From contig NC_134032.1 in the NCBI RefSeq assembly GCF_964204645.1, positions 1,116,001 through 1,180,000 of the forward strand: a stretch of 64,000 bases of DNA, given 5' to 3'. The translations under genes were made by a program, and so were the position numbers. Each line of letters begins with the position of its first letter. Within the stretch, counting starts at the first letter, position 1. Below, piece after piece: positions 1 to 13,515 of this stretch. The notes beneath the pieces were generated by a model, which saw nothing but the letters and a program-made list of their open reading frames with translations, was not told the DNA's origin and did not search any database. Source of the DNA: Tubulanus polymorphus. Taxonomy: Eukaryota > Animalia > Nemertea.

Positions 1-1202
1 CATACGCCTGGAAATGCGTTCTAGACGTTTCTGAACTCAATTTTCAGTGTGCATGAAGCCAAACGACCTTGAGACGGTTAGAGAAAACGACGTGTGGAGG
101 TTCGATCCCGGAAATCCTTTGATTTTTTTTCCTAGGATGCAGCGGAATGCCACAATTAGCCCCGCACACCCCACGCTACGGGCATGTTTTAAAGTCATTC
201 CTTCTACAATACACTAGCCACATCTTTATCGCTCAACTCTTAATAGTCTTCGACTACAAATATACTTCAATCTGAAGAAGTCGAAGACCGCAAAATCGTA
301 AAATCTGACACTGACACGACTGAAAGCGTCGGGATTCAAACGGGGACCGACCGCTATTCAGACGACGCGTGACTTCAGTGTGCGGAGGGCTAGTGCGCGG
401 TGTGCGAGAACTCGCTCTTATGCCACCACGTGTCGCACCAGTGCTCGATTATCGAGAAGACGCTGCGTTATTGCTTATCACAGCGTGTATTGTGTATACA
501 CGGCGCGCGCCGTCCGTAAGAGAAATCCGCACACTACACAATATACCACACACCGTATGGCGCTGCTCCGTCTCAGATACGTGTATTCGGATATAGATTA
601 TAGGTTATGTCGCCTTTTAACATTCGGACAAACTAAATACTGATTCGGGGATTAGATATAGTCACGGAATACGGTTAAATCTGGGTGTAAGTATATGTGT
701 CTAAATGTGTAAGATGAAGTCTAGTCGGTCTGAAGCACAGAGTAGCGATCAGAGTGTCTGGTTTTATCTTATATATATCGACTCTCCACACGTTGCGAGT
801 TGAGAGTAACAGCTCGAACCGAGTAACAATATACGCCGCGCTGCTGTCTGCGAGTCGATTTTAAAGGGACAAGGGGGCGACGTGTGAGAGAAAATGTATT
901 TAAATAGGATTTAATTAGTGAATCGTAAACGTTTCTTCTCGAAAGGATACTGGTATAGTTCACTTAGTGATAATACTGTCTGCCGGTTCTTTCTAGCTAG
1001 CTCGGTCACTCGGGCGAATCTTCGGTCGCTATCAGGATAACAAAACTGTGTAGTTTTGATCTATCGAGTGATATTTTATTGTATTCTCGCTTCTGAAAAC
1101 CACCTTTCGTAAAAAATATGAACAAGGATTACCGTCAGATTCTATTTGTGCAGTATGATTTTGCATTGATTATTGGATCCGCTATATTTTAGATATAACT
1201 AA

Positions 1203-1424
1203 GGCTAAACAAAAATGATACCTTGTTTCTCCGCAGCGGCCGGGTCATTTTTGTAAAATATGATAAAATTTGTAAACAGTTCATTTCTATAGCGGCCGGG
1301 TCTGTTATGGTAAAATTGATCACGATTTAAAAAAAAAAGTAATGTATAGGGTAGATAGGCGGCCGGCCGGGTCAACATTTAAGCTCAGCAGAGCGGAGAA
1401 ACAAGGTGTCAATTTTTTTTGGCC
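1203..1424 (+). mobile_element. MITE family A (PIF/Harbinger-like), copy 1
   Basis: TIRs GGCTAAACAAAAATGATACCTTGTTTCTCCGC / GCGGAGAAACAAGGTGTCAATTTTTTTTGGCC; 3-bp TSD TAA. Confidence 0.9.
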
Positions 1425-1440
1425 TAAGGTTTATTGATCA

Positions 1441-1800
1441 GATTAAACCCTAGCCATGTAAGTGGGCCCAGAGTTGAATTAAACCCGCACTTTTGGAACT
1501 AGATCCCAGGTTAGATTATTAAGATCCGGGCGCAACTGCGGAACTGGGTCCACTGTTGAATTAAACCCGCACTTTTGGAACTAGGTCCCAGGTTAGATTA
1601 TTAAGATCCGGGCGCAACTGCGGAACTGGGTCCACTGTTGAATTAAACCCGCACTTTTGGAACTAGGTCTCAAGTTGAATTATTAAAATCCGGTCGGAAC
1701 TTTCGAACTGGGTCCACTGTTGAAAATATCAAAATCCACGCAACTATAAGGAGCTTGGATCGATATTTCGATTGAAGCCGCAACAACCCGTGCAACCGGA
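1441..1800 (-). repeat. MITE-D-derived minisatellite (~40-bp subunits, ~84-bp higher-order unit)
   Basis: Repeats of GTTGAATTAAACCCGCACTTTTGGAACTAGGTCCCAG, the reverse complement of the 58.6-kb unit. Confidence 0.75.
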
Positions 1801-1834
1801 ATCAAATTTACAACTGTTTGCGTTACAGGATCTG

Positions 1835-1963
1835 GGGCCAGTTTCGCGAAAAAGTTTAACTCAAATTTTTTGATTAATTGCCATTGGTTACTTCATGTTT
1901 TCAATGAGGACAACAATTCAAACTTAACTGTTTTAAGCTTACACTTTTTCGTGAAACTGGGCC
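1835..1963. mobile_element. CWG-target MITE family B
   Basis: TIR GGGCCAGTTTCGCGAAAAAGT / ACTTTTTCGTGAAACTGGGCC, TSD CTG; inverted homologue at 17561-17689, degenerate copy near 14478-14605. Confidence 0.85.
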
Positions 1964-2301
1964 CTGAACTATGTATCCTAGTAACAATAGACACTATTAT
2001 AGCAGCAACTCCGGAATTAAAACGTTATATTTAGCGCCTCTTCCTGTGGGCGAATGTGATCCCTCCCCGGTGGTAATTAGTCGAAAAGTATAAACTGTTT
2101 AGACTGGGGCTTCGAATCGTTTCCGTGGTTTCGTACGTAACCGTCGACAAGTGTACAGACGAACGATGCGTCATTTCGTTTGTGGAATTAATCTGAAATG
2201 TTAGTCACGAATGCGTTTCTATTGTTACGAAGTTCTAACCTGTTCGCTGAGTCACGATTCTGAATTCAGATTCGATAAGGTATAAAAGATTCTGTAAGAA
2301 A

Positions 2302-2521
2302 GGCTAAAGAAAATTGATACCTTGTTTCTCCGCTCTGCTGAGCTTAAATGTTGACCCGGCCGGCCGCCTATCTACCCTATACATTACTTTTTTTTAAATC
2401 GTGATCAATTTCACCATAACAGACCCGGCCGCTATAGAAATGAACTGTTTACAAATTTTATGATATTTTACAAAAATGACCCGGCCGCTGCGGAGAAACA
2501 AGGTATCATTTTTGTTTAGCC
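2302..2521 (-). mobile_element. MITE family A, copy 2 (inverted)
   Basis: Near-exact reverse complement of 1203-1424; AAA flanks. Confidence 0.9.
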
Positions 2522-3990
2522 AAAATTGAAAAATCCGTTCAGAGATCTCGAGATTTCGATGCTACTCCGCGTCCGTATGGTTCGATCGGTCAGCTATTGA
2601 GATTTAGCGACGGTCATTGTTATTCTTCTGTTTATCATTTTAGTCTTTTTTTCCGCGCACATTTACCGAAAAGATACTTATACAACACTTCGTAACGGAA
2701 CAATTCAGATGTCGAGGAATACTATAATTCTAGAAGTTTCGATTTCCAAAAAACCAAATATATACGTAATCATTTTACAACCTTTTACATTAATTAACTC
2801 CACCACCGAGCTTGTTGATAAAGTGGTAACGTTCATGTTCTTGGTTGGACCTTTATCATTTCAGAATAAACAAACAGTTAGATATCTCTTCGTGTATACA
2901 TTTTGGCAAATCTGATGCGGGCTTTTTATGTACGGTCTCTCCTATACTTGTTGATATTCGGAATATTGAAATTTCTAAAATAGCAGGATTTTAGTCATGC
3001 GCGCGTAGAGAGTAACTTAAGAAATAGTCAGATATCAGAGTTTGAAATATTGGCGCAATTCATTTCTTTTGACAGGTGTCGAATACGATTTTACGCGGTA
3101 ACTTATTAAGCGCAGCGGCCGACACCAGTACAGTTCGATGGAGCGGCGGTGAAACTTCGAAACCATCTTCCCGGAACCGCGAATTCGATAACCACAGATC
3201 AGTCACTGCGGACGAGGTCTAACAGGGATCGCTACCATTGATGGACAACACGGGACAAATGCTGGTGACTCATTAGCGCGAGATGAATAATTGAATATTA
3301 AAGCCTAAATTTTAGCTGAATAATAAATCAATTGGATTTGTATATATATATATGTATATGTGTATATATATATGTATATATATATATATTTCTATATGAT
3401 TATTATCGATATTATTATTATTACTATTAATACGAGAGTAAAACCCAGCCATAAATAAGTGATTAGCCCTCGTTACTGCTGGACTAGTATGTAAGCGTTA
3501 TAAACCGTTACCGCCGCGTAATCGACAACAACAACAACAACAACAACAACATCAACGGCTCGAACTGTCAAATACATAACTATATATACGTATCAACGAA
3601 CGCTAGCCGCTGCTAAGATGCATTGATGACGTCATTTATTAAACAACGTACGTACGCTACTGAAGTTCGAACGTCGGCGTAACGTGGTTTGCAATAATAA
3701 TACTATAACAGCCACATTAACCACAGCGGCAGCGGCGGCAGCGGCGGCGGCGGCGGCAGCGGCAGCGGCAGCGACGGATTTATATAAAGACATTCCTTGC
3801 TAAAATTACGCGCTTAGGTAGCGTACGAAAGCTCATCAGCGGCGTTGTATGATTATTACTACTACTATAAACGTAAGCGTTGCGTTGATACGTTGAACGG
3901 GGGCCGCGCGCGGATGATAGCCGCGGTAACATCGACGACAACGACAACAACGACCGTAGCAACGTCAACGCGCGTTTCTGTGCTCCGTCG

Positions 3991-4367
3991 GTGAGTAAAT
4001 ATAAACCTGGAGTAAAGGGTAGAAAGGAGTAAATATAGCGGACTTGGGGCTGGCTGGCTCGCGCGCGCGCATCGCACTGCGTCAATCGATAAGATTCAAT
4101 GGAAGTTCTGTGTCATGTACAATTGCGGAGAGACATCGACGTTTGAGAATAGAATTCTAATCCACGACTATTATCTCTATCATTCGTGCGCGTTTACTCC
4201 CGGAGTAAGGAACGGAGAGGAAATACTCGGCCGACATGTAATAATAATACCGGCGGTCACTTTACTCTAGGATTAACAACCGCAGGAATAATCCCGCTGC
4301 TTCAGACCCGGATAATCTATAAGAACTACTAAATATCCGGTGATTTTTCTTTTCATTTTCGAAATAG

Positions 4368-4404
<37 letters not shown>

Positions 4405-5110
4405 GAACTATTTTTCTAAGTTTACTGCGTCGGTTTCTACAGAAGATAGGATTTACCATCATTCATCGGTGCGATCTAAATAATAGGATTATCTTCGGCA
4501 TCGCGGCGAAAATAAGCGAATATATAACCTGAAAATAGGGGGCGCTCGCCGAACCCGGCTGGGCGAATGCGCGTGAACTTCTGCGCGGTCACTGGGAATA
4601 ATCGACAATATAATCAGCCGACTATAGCTTAATCCGAAAATAAAAGCTAGTCCACTAGAGAAATGGACAGTACAGCCCGATATATGATTAGTTGCCAGTG
4701 TATGTCTAGTTGTAAATCGCTAGGCGCTGTTGTTGTTGTTATTCGACTACTATTAGGTTTTAAACAGTCACCCCCGAGCTAGGCGACCGAATGGGCTGAC
4801 TCGAAAAACTCGGCACGAAAACCCGCGTTAGTTTTTAGGTCTCACAACGTTCACCCCCCTGCCACAGTATCATCACTCACTCGTCTCTCCTCACTCGCGC
4901 ACCGCCGGATTACCGCCGGATTACCACCGGATTAACGATTACTCTATATCGCGGATTAGGATTATTTATCACCACTTTTCGTCGTTTCGAACGTAGGCGT
5001 CGTTAGATTTTTTTTTTCCCGATCGTATCTATCACTTCCGGTAGGTGATATCGACGAACTTCGTTCGCGCGGTTTGTAAATATCGACACGTGTATTTTAT
5101 TCCCTTATAG
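3991..5110 (+). other. Possible 5' UTR intron upstream of exon 1a
   Basis: Strong donor TCG|GTGAGT at 3990/3991 and acceptor GTATTTTATTCCCTTATAG| at 5110. Motif evidence only. Confidence 0.3.
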
Positions 5111-5259
5111 TCGAAAAGAAAAAAAACACCGGTAGAATTCACGGGTTTGAACCGAACGCGGACCGGATGTGTTTTATCATTTTAGCGCGACGAGTTTCGC
5201 GTACGAATATCCATGTATAGAAATATAGGTTTAGTTTCGTGATATACAGATTGAATTAA

Positions 5260-5709
<450 letters not shown>

Positions 5710-5770
5710 TGAGCGAGTAGCTCAAACTATCTGTCACGATTGGTAGAACACTATATCCGTGTTGACGCGA

Positions 5771-6368
5771 TGAGGAGAGAATCCCACAATGATAATAAAA
5801 AGTCCGAAAATGAAACTTCGAGATAGTAGTTTATTTCAACGTTTCGACTATATCCTAATAGTCATCTTCAGGAATACTGTATTCCTTGAGCTAGTGTAGT
5901 TTATTCAACGTTTCGACTATATCCTAATAGTCATCTTCAGGAATACTGTATTCCTTGAGCTAGTGTAGTTTATTCAACGTTTCCACTATATCCTAATAGT
6001 CATCTTCAGGAATACTGTATTCCTTGAGCTAGTATTGTTTATTTCAACGTTTCGACTATATCCTAATAGTCATCTTCAGGAATAATGAGATACTACAGAA
6101 ATTATGAGATATATATACAATCCAGAGACAAAGAGACTAATTCAAGTAATCAGAGATGATACAAACTAAAGGAAAATTAACGTAGAAACAGTTACACGCT
6201 GAAATAGATTAAAGGGAAGCAAACTAAGGGGTGATTATAAACAACAATAGTGAGTATAAATATAAATGAAACTTAAAGTCAGTAGTAAAAAGAAAGACAA
6301 ACTAGGGGGCACTTAAATTAAAACACTTAAATTAAACTTTTTATTATGATTGTGGGATTCTCTCCTCA
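5771..6368 (-). mobile_element. Penelope-like non-autonomous element with inverted termini and an internal hammerhead array
   Basis: 33-bp inverted ends (5771-5803 / 6336-6368, 1 mismatch) enclosing four tandem CTGAAGA...GAAACGT motifs on the minus strand. Confidence 0.7.
5832..6084 (-). ncRNA. Four tandem minimal type-I hammerhead ribozyme motifs (about 69-bp period)
   Basis: Minus-strand unit: TATTC-CTGAAGA-T-GACTAT(TAGGAT)ATAGTC-GAA-ACGT-T-GAATA. Copies at 5832-5876, 5902-5945, 5971-6014 (stem II point mutation) and 6040-6084. Confidence 0.72.
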
Positions 6369-6959
6369 AACTATATCGCGGAATTATTATGTTGCCTGCT
6401 TGTGTCGTATTCTATCGTGATGTAACTGAGTCGCTGAGTGCGAGGTGTTAGTGCGCACTATACTACTACTAATATATTATTAAAACATTACAATTCATTG
6501 CTGATAGGTCCCGACACGCTGGCGATCCAGATTTTGAATTGAATCTAGGACGCTGAGAGCGGTTACCTAGCAATGAACACCGATCAGAAAAGTCAATATT
6601 ATATGTTTTTATTCGGGGCTTCGGATGGAACAGAATTTTGCGAGCTAAGCAACAAGCTCGAAGATCCAATACAGGTTCTCAATTCATGAACGCGTCTATA
6701 TGCCTACGATAGTATACGCCGATAGGAGCTTTATACCGACTTCGGGAAAGGTTTATCGGGCGTTTACTGGGTTTTATTAATCTACAGCCCACCCCCCCCC
6801 CCCACTCTCCTTTACTGAGCATTCATCCGAATTATGATCGTCCAGACTTCCCGTATTCGGGGCTACACCGAAATCTTGAATTGCAAATGTCCAGGGCTAC
6901 CACCCGAGATATTTTACGTACAGATGAAACTTAGTCAAATAGCGAGCTTCAGACGGTTA

Positions 6960-7218
6960 AATAAGATAAAATCCCACTATTTACAGATTAAAAGAATTTA
7001 AAAACCAGAATTTATTTATTAAATCTAAAATATTTAAAAGACGTCATCGTCAGGTGTGACGATCTGACGATGATCTCTAGGGTGAGATCGAAACGTCGTG
7101 TCTTTTAAATATTTTAGATTTGATAAATAAATTCTGGTTTTTAAATTCTTTTAATCTGTAAATAGTGGGATTTTATCTTATTATCCGTTCACCACGTTTG
7201 AGTGTGGTCATCGTTCTA
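6960..7218 (+). mobile_element. Penelope-like palindromic end fragment with hammerhead core (family 2)
   Basis: About 82-bp inverted arms around CTGACGA-T-GATCTC..GAGATC-GAAACGTC (7064-7097); flanking GACGGTT duplication; homologous to 46207-46489. Confidence 0.7.
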
Positions 7219-7500
7219 TTGACGGTTTGTTTCCTTCAGGGGCAGGGCAGGTGGTTCTAGGTTGTAAACTAATATATATATATCTAGATGTACGCGTTAA
7301 ACCTCTATACAGGAACTGACGGTTGCTGTTATAATTATGAATATGATTAACACTTTAACACCGGATACGCTCATGCGCTGTATACTAGTAAGCGCAGTTT
7401 TACTGTGAGATTTCCGTTGTCGTCAGACCAATGTGACCTTTACGCAACCCGTCAATGATATGATGGTTGTGAAAATGAGAATGTCCTTTGGCAACTTGAG

Positions 7501-7748
7501 AGGCGCCGTGGCCCAGTGGTTAAAGCCACATGTCACTAGTTTCGTCAATCTAGGATTTATGGGTTCGAATCCTGGTGGCGATACATTTTCTTGGTCGAAA
7601 GTTTCGTCAATCTAGGATTTATGGGTTCGAATCCTCGTGGCGACACATTTTCTTGGTCGAAAGTTGCCCATTGGGAAAAAGAAACATCGAACCCGTTTAT
7701 AATGCCCTGCGTGGCGCTTAGCGGGTTGAGGGTGTTTAAAAAAAAAAC
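7501..7748 (+). mobile_element. tRNA-derived SINE with internal ~62-bp duplication
   Basis: A box TGGCCCAGTGG, B box GGTTCGAATCC (duplicated), A-rich end; body shared with 63704-63860. Confidence 0.8.
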
Positions 7749-8055
7749 TCATCACAATTTTTTATCATTTCAATCTCTCGCGTGGAGTTCATCGATTCGT
7801 ACGCGTAGGTTTCATGAAATAGAAGCAATTGAGAATTATAAATCTGGCCCGCACTATGTTACAACCTGTGACGTGCGCGAAGTGTGTTTGAATTGGTTTG
7901 CGGTCGAATGAAACAAATCGCTTTATCACAATCTAAATACGCGCTATTAGATTTCAATACTCAGTTGTAGACTATTGTTCCCGGATACACGCGTAGTATA
8001 AAGGCTTTCCCGGTGCAACATCTGTATTTTTGATTAAATCGTCGTCTTACAACCC

Positions 8056-8182
<127 letters not shown>

Positions 8183-11100
8183 CCCATCTTCTGGTAGTTC
8201 ACAGACCAGATACAAATTTTGAAATTAGACCCGGAATTTGAATGATTTGTTAATACTGAATATATCGGACTATTTACTATACCCCCGGTCTATCGAACTC
8301 CACCCCTTTTGAAGTCGGACTCAGGAAGAAAGACTCTCTAAATATTTGGATGGATATATGAAAGCTGTGGGTACTGGAGTGTGTAATGGGTAGTGTAGTG
8401 TGATCTGTGTGCATTTGTGGCCAGCACACCGATCACATTGTTCAATGGGGTTTGGTCCAGGACTCGCGAGATTTTCAACAACACGGAAGTAACGTGTAAT
8501 AAATGATGACTTGAATTACATGACTACCTACCACCCCTCATTATTGTTGGAAAACTAAACAAACAAATCTGTACTATCACATCATTTGAACGTTCATATA
8601 GCCTTACTGGACACAGCTGAAGATCGCCATAACGAATGGATACAACCCGGTCGGCCCTTCTTGGAAAGACAGAAAACTTCGAAATGAATTTGAAAACTTT
8701 TCGAATGTATTTTCTGGCACAATTTCTGAGGCTGTGCCTGAAACAATTGTTAGCTTGTGGTATTGAATGGAGTTGCGTATCTCAATTGTATGAATTGAGA
8801 GTATTTTCTGCAAAAATTTTTTTTTTCGGAAGAAATTGCCATTTTTATCTTCGGTGAAGCAGAAAAACTTGGACCCTGGATTAACTTCTGCGAACCCGTT
8901 CTGAAAATCGATTCGGATCTCAATCGTATATGAATTGAGTATATTCTGGAAAGTTTTTTTGAAAAAAAATCGCCCTATTTTCCGATTGGACCTGGATTAA
9001 CTTCTGCGAACCCCTTCTGAAAATCGACAAATAAAAGTCTTATCGATTTCATTCCGCGTATGAACGAACATTATCTTCCGGGGTCCTGTAGTTCGCCGTA
9101 ACGAAATTCCATTGTATTTCAACACGCTTAAAAGTTTATGCAAATATCCCCGGCCAGCGGGCATTTACAGATATGTATAGATTATAGTACAGCATTGGAC
9201 GCGAGCGCAGAGACAGCGATAGTAAATATTTATCGTACCAAACATTGGGTATTCAAATATCGCGGGTATCCAAACATCGAGTATTCACAGATATATTTAC
9301 TGCAGAAGTTGAAATGTAAAGTAAATCGTTACTGCGTGAACGTAACTAAATAACGATTTTAGGATATGGATTCTTTTTTTTGTTGCATATTTGCCCTGGA
9401 AAACGAACTGATATAATCAAAACTAATGATTTTGGAATATATTTGATTTCCATGTGAGAGACGCTTAGTCGATTTATATGTATAACGTTACAGTAAGAAA
9501 ATAAGGAACATGGAACACCAGCTATCCCAACACGTGTGCCTATCTTTCATCCAGATTTTAAATCCCCGCTTCTAACAAATACGATACATCATTTCGCTAG
9601 ACAAAATCGGCGTGATCTCTTAGGTTATTATATCATTAAACTCTGAATATCATTTTAGGATTTCTCTGGCGAGATAATGTATAGATAAGTTTAGGATTGA
9701 TGTTGTACTCAACCGCCATATCGCCCGCTCGCGGATTCTCGCTAAAACCACTTGTGTTAAAAGGCTAACAACTCTATAACTACGGTTCTATTCGTAAACA
9801 TATCTATGCACGCGTGCATATGCACAATTGAGAACTTATTCTCGAATTGTTAAGATATTCTAAGGTCGGCTTAATGTGGCGTTTGTCGGAATTTCTTCGA
9901 GCGTATTTTACTCGCAATTAACCGACACTTAATCGCGTTTTAATTAAGTCCCGGATTAGACACGGGTAACACCCTGTGATTAGCGTTTTATTGACGGAGA
10001 CTCGTCGATGGAAGTTCGTGCACCGTGTCTCGAAATCATGCGTTACAATCACCGCGCTGATTGGAAGACCCGATATTTATAGTTAACAAGTAAAACCTAT
10101 ATAGACGAAACACTCCTAAACCTTCAGACAATAAACGCTTTGTTATCAACTATGAGGTTTTGCACTTGTTAACCAGTTCGCGGTGGCTGCGTCTGGCAAA
10201 AGCTTCAAAAATGAACTATACCTTTTCATAATTAATTAATATTTTACGATACAATTTTTGACAATTCTATCGTGGCCATATTCTCGTTAAAACTCGCAAC
10301 TTCTCGTTTAAACTCGGCTTTCGACCAATAATAATTGAAAAAATGAGATACGCGATCTCTACAATTTTACTTTTAGATTACGAAACGGTTAAAGGAATTA
10401 TCTCGTAAAGAATATCGCAATTAGATGAAATGCTTGTTTTTTTTTAAAGGTCTGTTTTGACGTGACTTTCGTGTTATGAAGAACTGGGACTTTCATACGT
10501 GTTATCTTTGAAATTCAGCTTCAAACAGCCACCATTACCTATCAATTTTCAATTGTGAATATATTTGTTCGGCTGCGCATTTCTGAATTGGAAAGAAAAT
10601 TTATGAAAGAACCTCGACGTTGTTTTCGGCTCCGCAGTTCAATTGCGTGCATTTCATCTTCTTCGAGACTCGTCCCGAAAAATGTAATTATATTTCATTA
10701 ACGCGTCCATTGTATGGCGAAAAAGATTAGAGAATTATCGCCGTTAATCCTAATCCACGATGAATGGAGGGATTATTGGATTAACCGTAGGTTTAATGGC
10801 CGAAGTAGTTAAGCTATTAAACAGACTCGATCTGACCGTGAAGTTACCGAATTTGACCGTTTGGCCCAGAGAGCCCCCTAATTTTGTCAAAACGGCATTT
10901 TCACGATTTATGGCTGGTCATTTTGTTTCGGCAGTTGCTCACGAAATAATCCATATTTAAATTTCATTGGATAAAACCCAATCTTGTCTTTATAATATAA
11001 TATGGTATTTATCCACCGGTTATCTTTAACCAAATTTCCAGCAACTGGCTCACTGCGCTCACTGTTGATATGCCATGTTTACGTATCAGGGTGCCCCCGC

Positions 11101-11504
11101 CCAACTATTCTTGATTATCAGATCCGCGTAACTCTAATGAAATTTCAGTTAGATTTTTGCCTCCATTCCAAAATCAAATAAACAGCATCTAAACGTTATA
11201 AGCTGATTGGTCTTTTCGCTCCTCATAATCTACGATTTTCAATCGTCGTTTGTTGAGAAAATTTGAGAAATTTACGGATGGATTTTAATTGAATTATGTT
11301 GAGAATCTATCAGTGATATCCTATACCGCTTACACTATCGCCGCCTCGCGCAAGTGGAATTCGAGTTAGTCGCAGTGATGTCGGCTGTCGACTGTCAACT
11401 GTCGACTGTTGTCGGCGTTCGTGTTATCGCTTTTACCTCTAGCTCGAGGACGCGTCGATATAAATTACCGATGTTGCCCTTTTCCGCTTGATCATTGTCC
11501 AGTG

Positions 11505-11561
11505 CTGCGCCCCCTGGTGTGCGTTCCGCCGAATGATTAGTTTCCACGGCAGGGGGCGCAG
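11505..11561. promoter_or_regulatory. Divergent pair of CTCF-like motifs
   Basis: CACCAGGGGGCGCAG on the minus strand (11505-11519) and CGGCAGGGGGCGCAG on the plus strand (11547-11561). Confidence 0.45.
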
Positions 11562-11772
11562 TGTATTGTCTGTCTGGTTCAGTGAGCGCCGAATTGCTCA
11601 GTGACCGGAACGTTATACACACCGCCACAAGCCGTTACAAATAATATAATAAAAATAACTATTTCTACACAACTTGGACAAAAATACTCGTCAGTAATTA
11701 ATTCGACTGTGGATGATGTATATAGGATTAATGCGAATTCATTTTGGCTCAAGTGTAGAGTCCGGTTAAGGA

Positions 11773-12808
11773 CCAGTCGTCTAATTATCCAGTCGTCCAA
11801 TTGTCCGGTCAACCAATCGTCCAATCGTCCAGTCACCCAGTCATCCAGTCACCCAGTCGCCCAGTCGCCCAGCCATCCAGTCGTCCAAACATCCAATCAT
11901 CCAGTCCTCCAGTCACCCAGTCATCCAATCACCCAGTGGCCCAGTCACCCAGTCAACCAATCGTCCAATCGCCCAGTCACCCAGCCATCTTGTCGTCCAA
12001 TCATCCAATCATCCAGTCCTCTTGTCATCCAGTCGCCCTGTCATCCAGTCACCCAGCCATCCAGTCGTCCAATCATCCCGTCACCCAGTCGCTTAGTCAA
12101 CCAATCATCCAATCGTCCAGTCACCCAGTCACCCAGCCATCCAGTCGTCCAATCATCCAATCATCCAGTCACCCAGTCGCCCAGCCATCCAGTCCTCCAG
12201 TCATCCAGTCACCCAGTCGCCCAGCCATCCAGTCGTCCAGAAGGCCAGTCATCCAGTCACCCAGTTGTCCAGTCATCCAGTCACCCAGTCGCCCAGCCAT
12301 CCAGTCGTCCAGTCATCCAGTCATCCAGTCACCCAGTCACCCAGTCACCCAGTCATCCAGTCATCCAGTCACCCAGTCACCCAGTCACCCAGTCCTCCAG
12401 TCATCCAGTCATCCAGTCATCCAGTCACCCAGTCACCCAGTCGCCCAGCCATCCAGTCGTCCAGTCATCCAGTCATCCAGTCACCCAGTCACCCAGTCAC
12501 CCAGTCATCCAGTCATCCAGTCACCCAGTCACCCAGTCACCCAGTCCTCCAGTCATCCAGTCATCCAGTCATCCAGTCACCCAGTCACCCAGTCACCCAG
12601 TCATCCAGTCATCCAGTCACCCAGTCACCCAGTCACCCAGTCCTCCAGTCATCCAGTCATCCAGTCATCCAGTCACCCAGTCACCCAGTCACCCAGTCAT
12701 CCAGTCATCCAGTCACCCAGTCATCCAGTCACCCAGTTGTCCAGTCATCCAGTCATCCAGTCGCCCAGCCATCCAGTCGTCCAGTCGCCCAGCCATCCAG
12801 TCGTCCAG
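11773..12808. repeat. 8-bp minisatellite (CCAGTCAY)n
   Basis: Direct reading; explains three overlapping low-complexity ORFs. Confidence 0.95.
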
Positions 12809-13377
12809 AAGGCCTATACAGTCGGTAAGTTTTCGAATCACGTCGAAATAAAGAATTCAATCATCACAACCATCATTTTCCAAACATTTCCGATTTGAAA
12901 AAAAAACCCTCATCGATATGCTAGGACTGTGACATACGTATTAGCATACTGCAATGTAAGGATGCTTTATGTGCGACATTTTAAACTTTAAAAAACGATC
13001 AAAAAGCGTCGGATTTCATCACAGCAAAAATCAATCCGTTTCTAAATATAGACTCTACGAATATTACTCATAGATCGGTATCGATTTAAGCTCGGGAGGA
13101 GTTAAAAACGTAATGTTTACTCCGTCACTATTTCTCACAATCTACGTGTATTTGTATAGATATATGTTCAGCTCGTTTTGTGTAGACTGAATATAGATAA
13201 TCGCTGGGACTGAATTTTCAATGTTGAGATAAAATGATTGAATGCTCAGTGATAAGCTATGCGTGAAAGCGGTCGGTTTCGAACACAAGTTTTAGGTTTA
13301 TCCGTTAAATCTTTAAAAGTCAAATCATTTTTTGTCGGAGCTATCGTCATTTTCATCGTGTCACGTTTTAACACCTG

Positions 13378-13515
13378 GGGCCAGTTGCACAGTCGTGACT
13401 TAAGTCCAAAAGTGGTCTTAAATCTTAAGACTGGTCTTAAATTGTTGGATTGGCTATAGAACTAAGTTGGTCTTAGACGGGTCTTAAGTCTAAGCCATGA
13501 CTATGCAATCGGCCC
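13378..13515. mobile_element. CWG-target MITE family C
   Basis: GGGCCAGTTGCACAGTC...GACTATGCAATCGGCCC with CTG/CAG flanks; homologues at 17143-17418, 17693-17830 and 44673-44810. Confidence 0.85.

Noticed and set aside
5827-6085. Regularly spaced repeats resembling a CRISPR array (also 48416-48550 and 58598-59021)
   Set aside because: Whole units are repeated with no unique spacers, there are no cas genes, and the context is eukaryotic.
7501-7585. Possible tRNA genes here and at 29575 and 63704
   Set aside because: A/B boxes are present but the cloverleaf is imperfect and each head continues into a shared repeat body, as in SINEs.
9355-9460. TTTTAG|GA TAT GGA could complete G-Y-G as exon 2
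   Set aside because: Continues GYGFFFLLHICPGKRTD... to a stop; no resemblance to the TASK H-x-x-P-x-T..GK.FCM.YA..GIP motif, and the pyrimidine tract is weak.
11601-12898. Long Ser/Pro/Gln/His-rich ORFs (416, 365, 187 aa)
   Set aside because: Open in several frames because the 8-bp minisatellite lacks stop codons.
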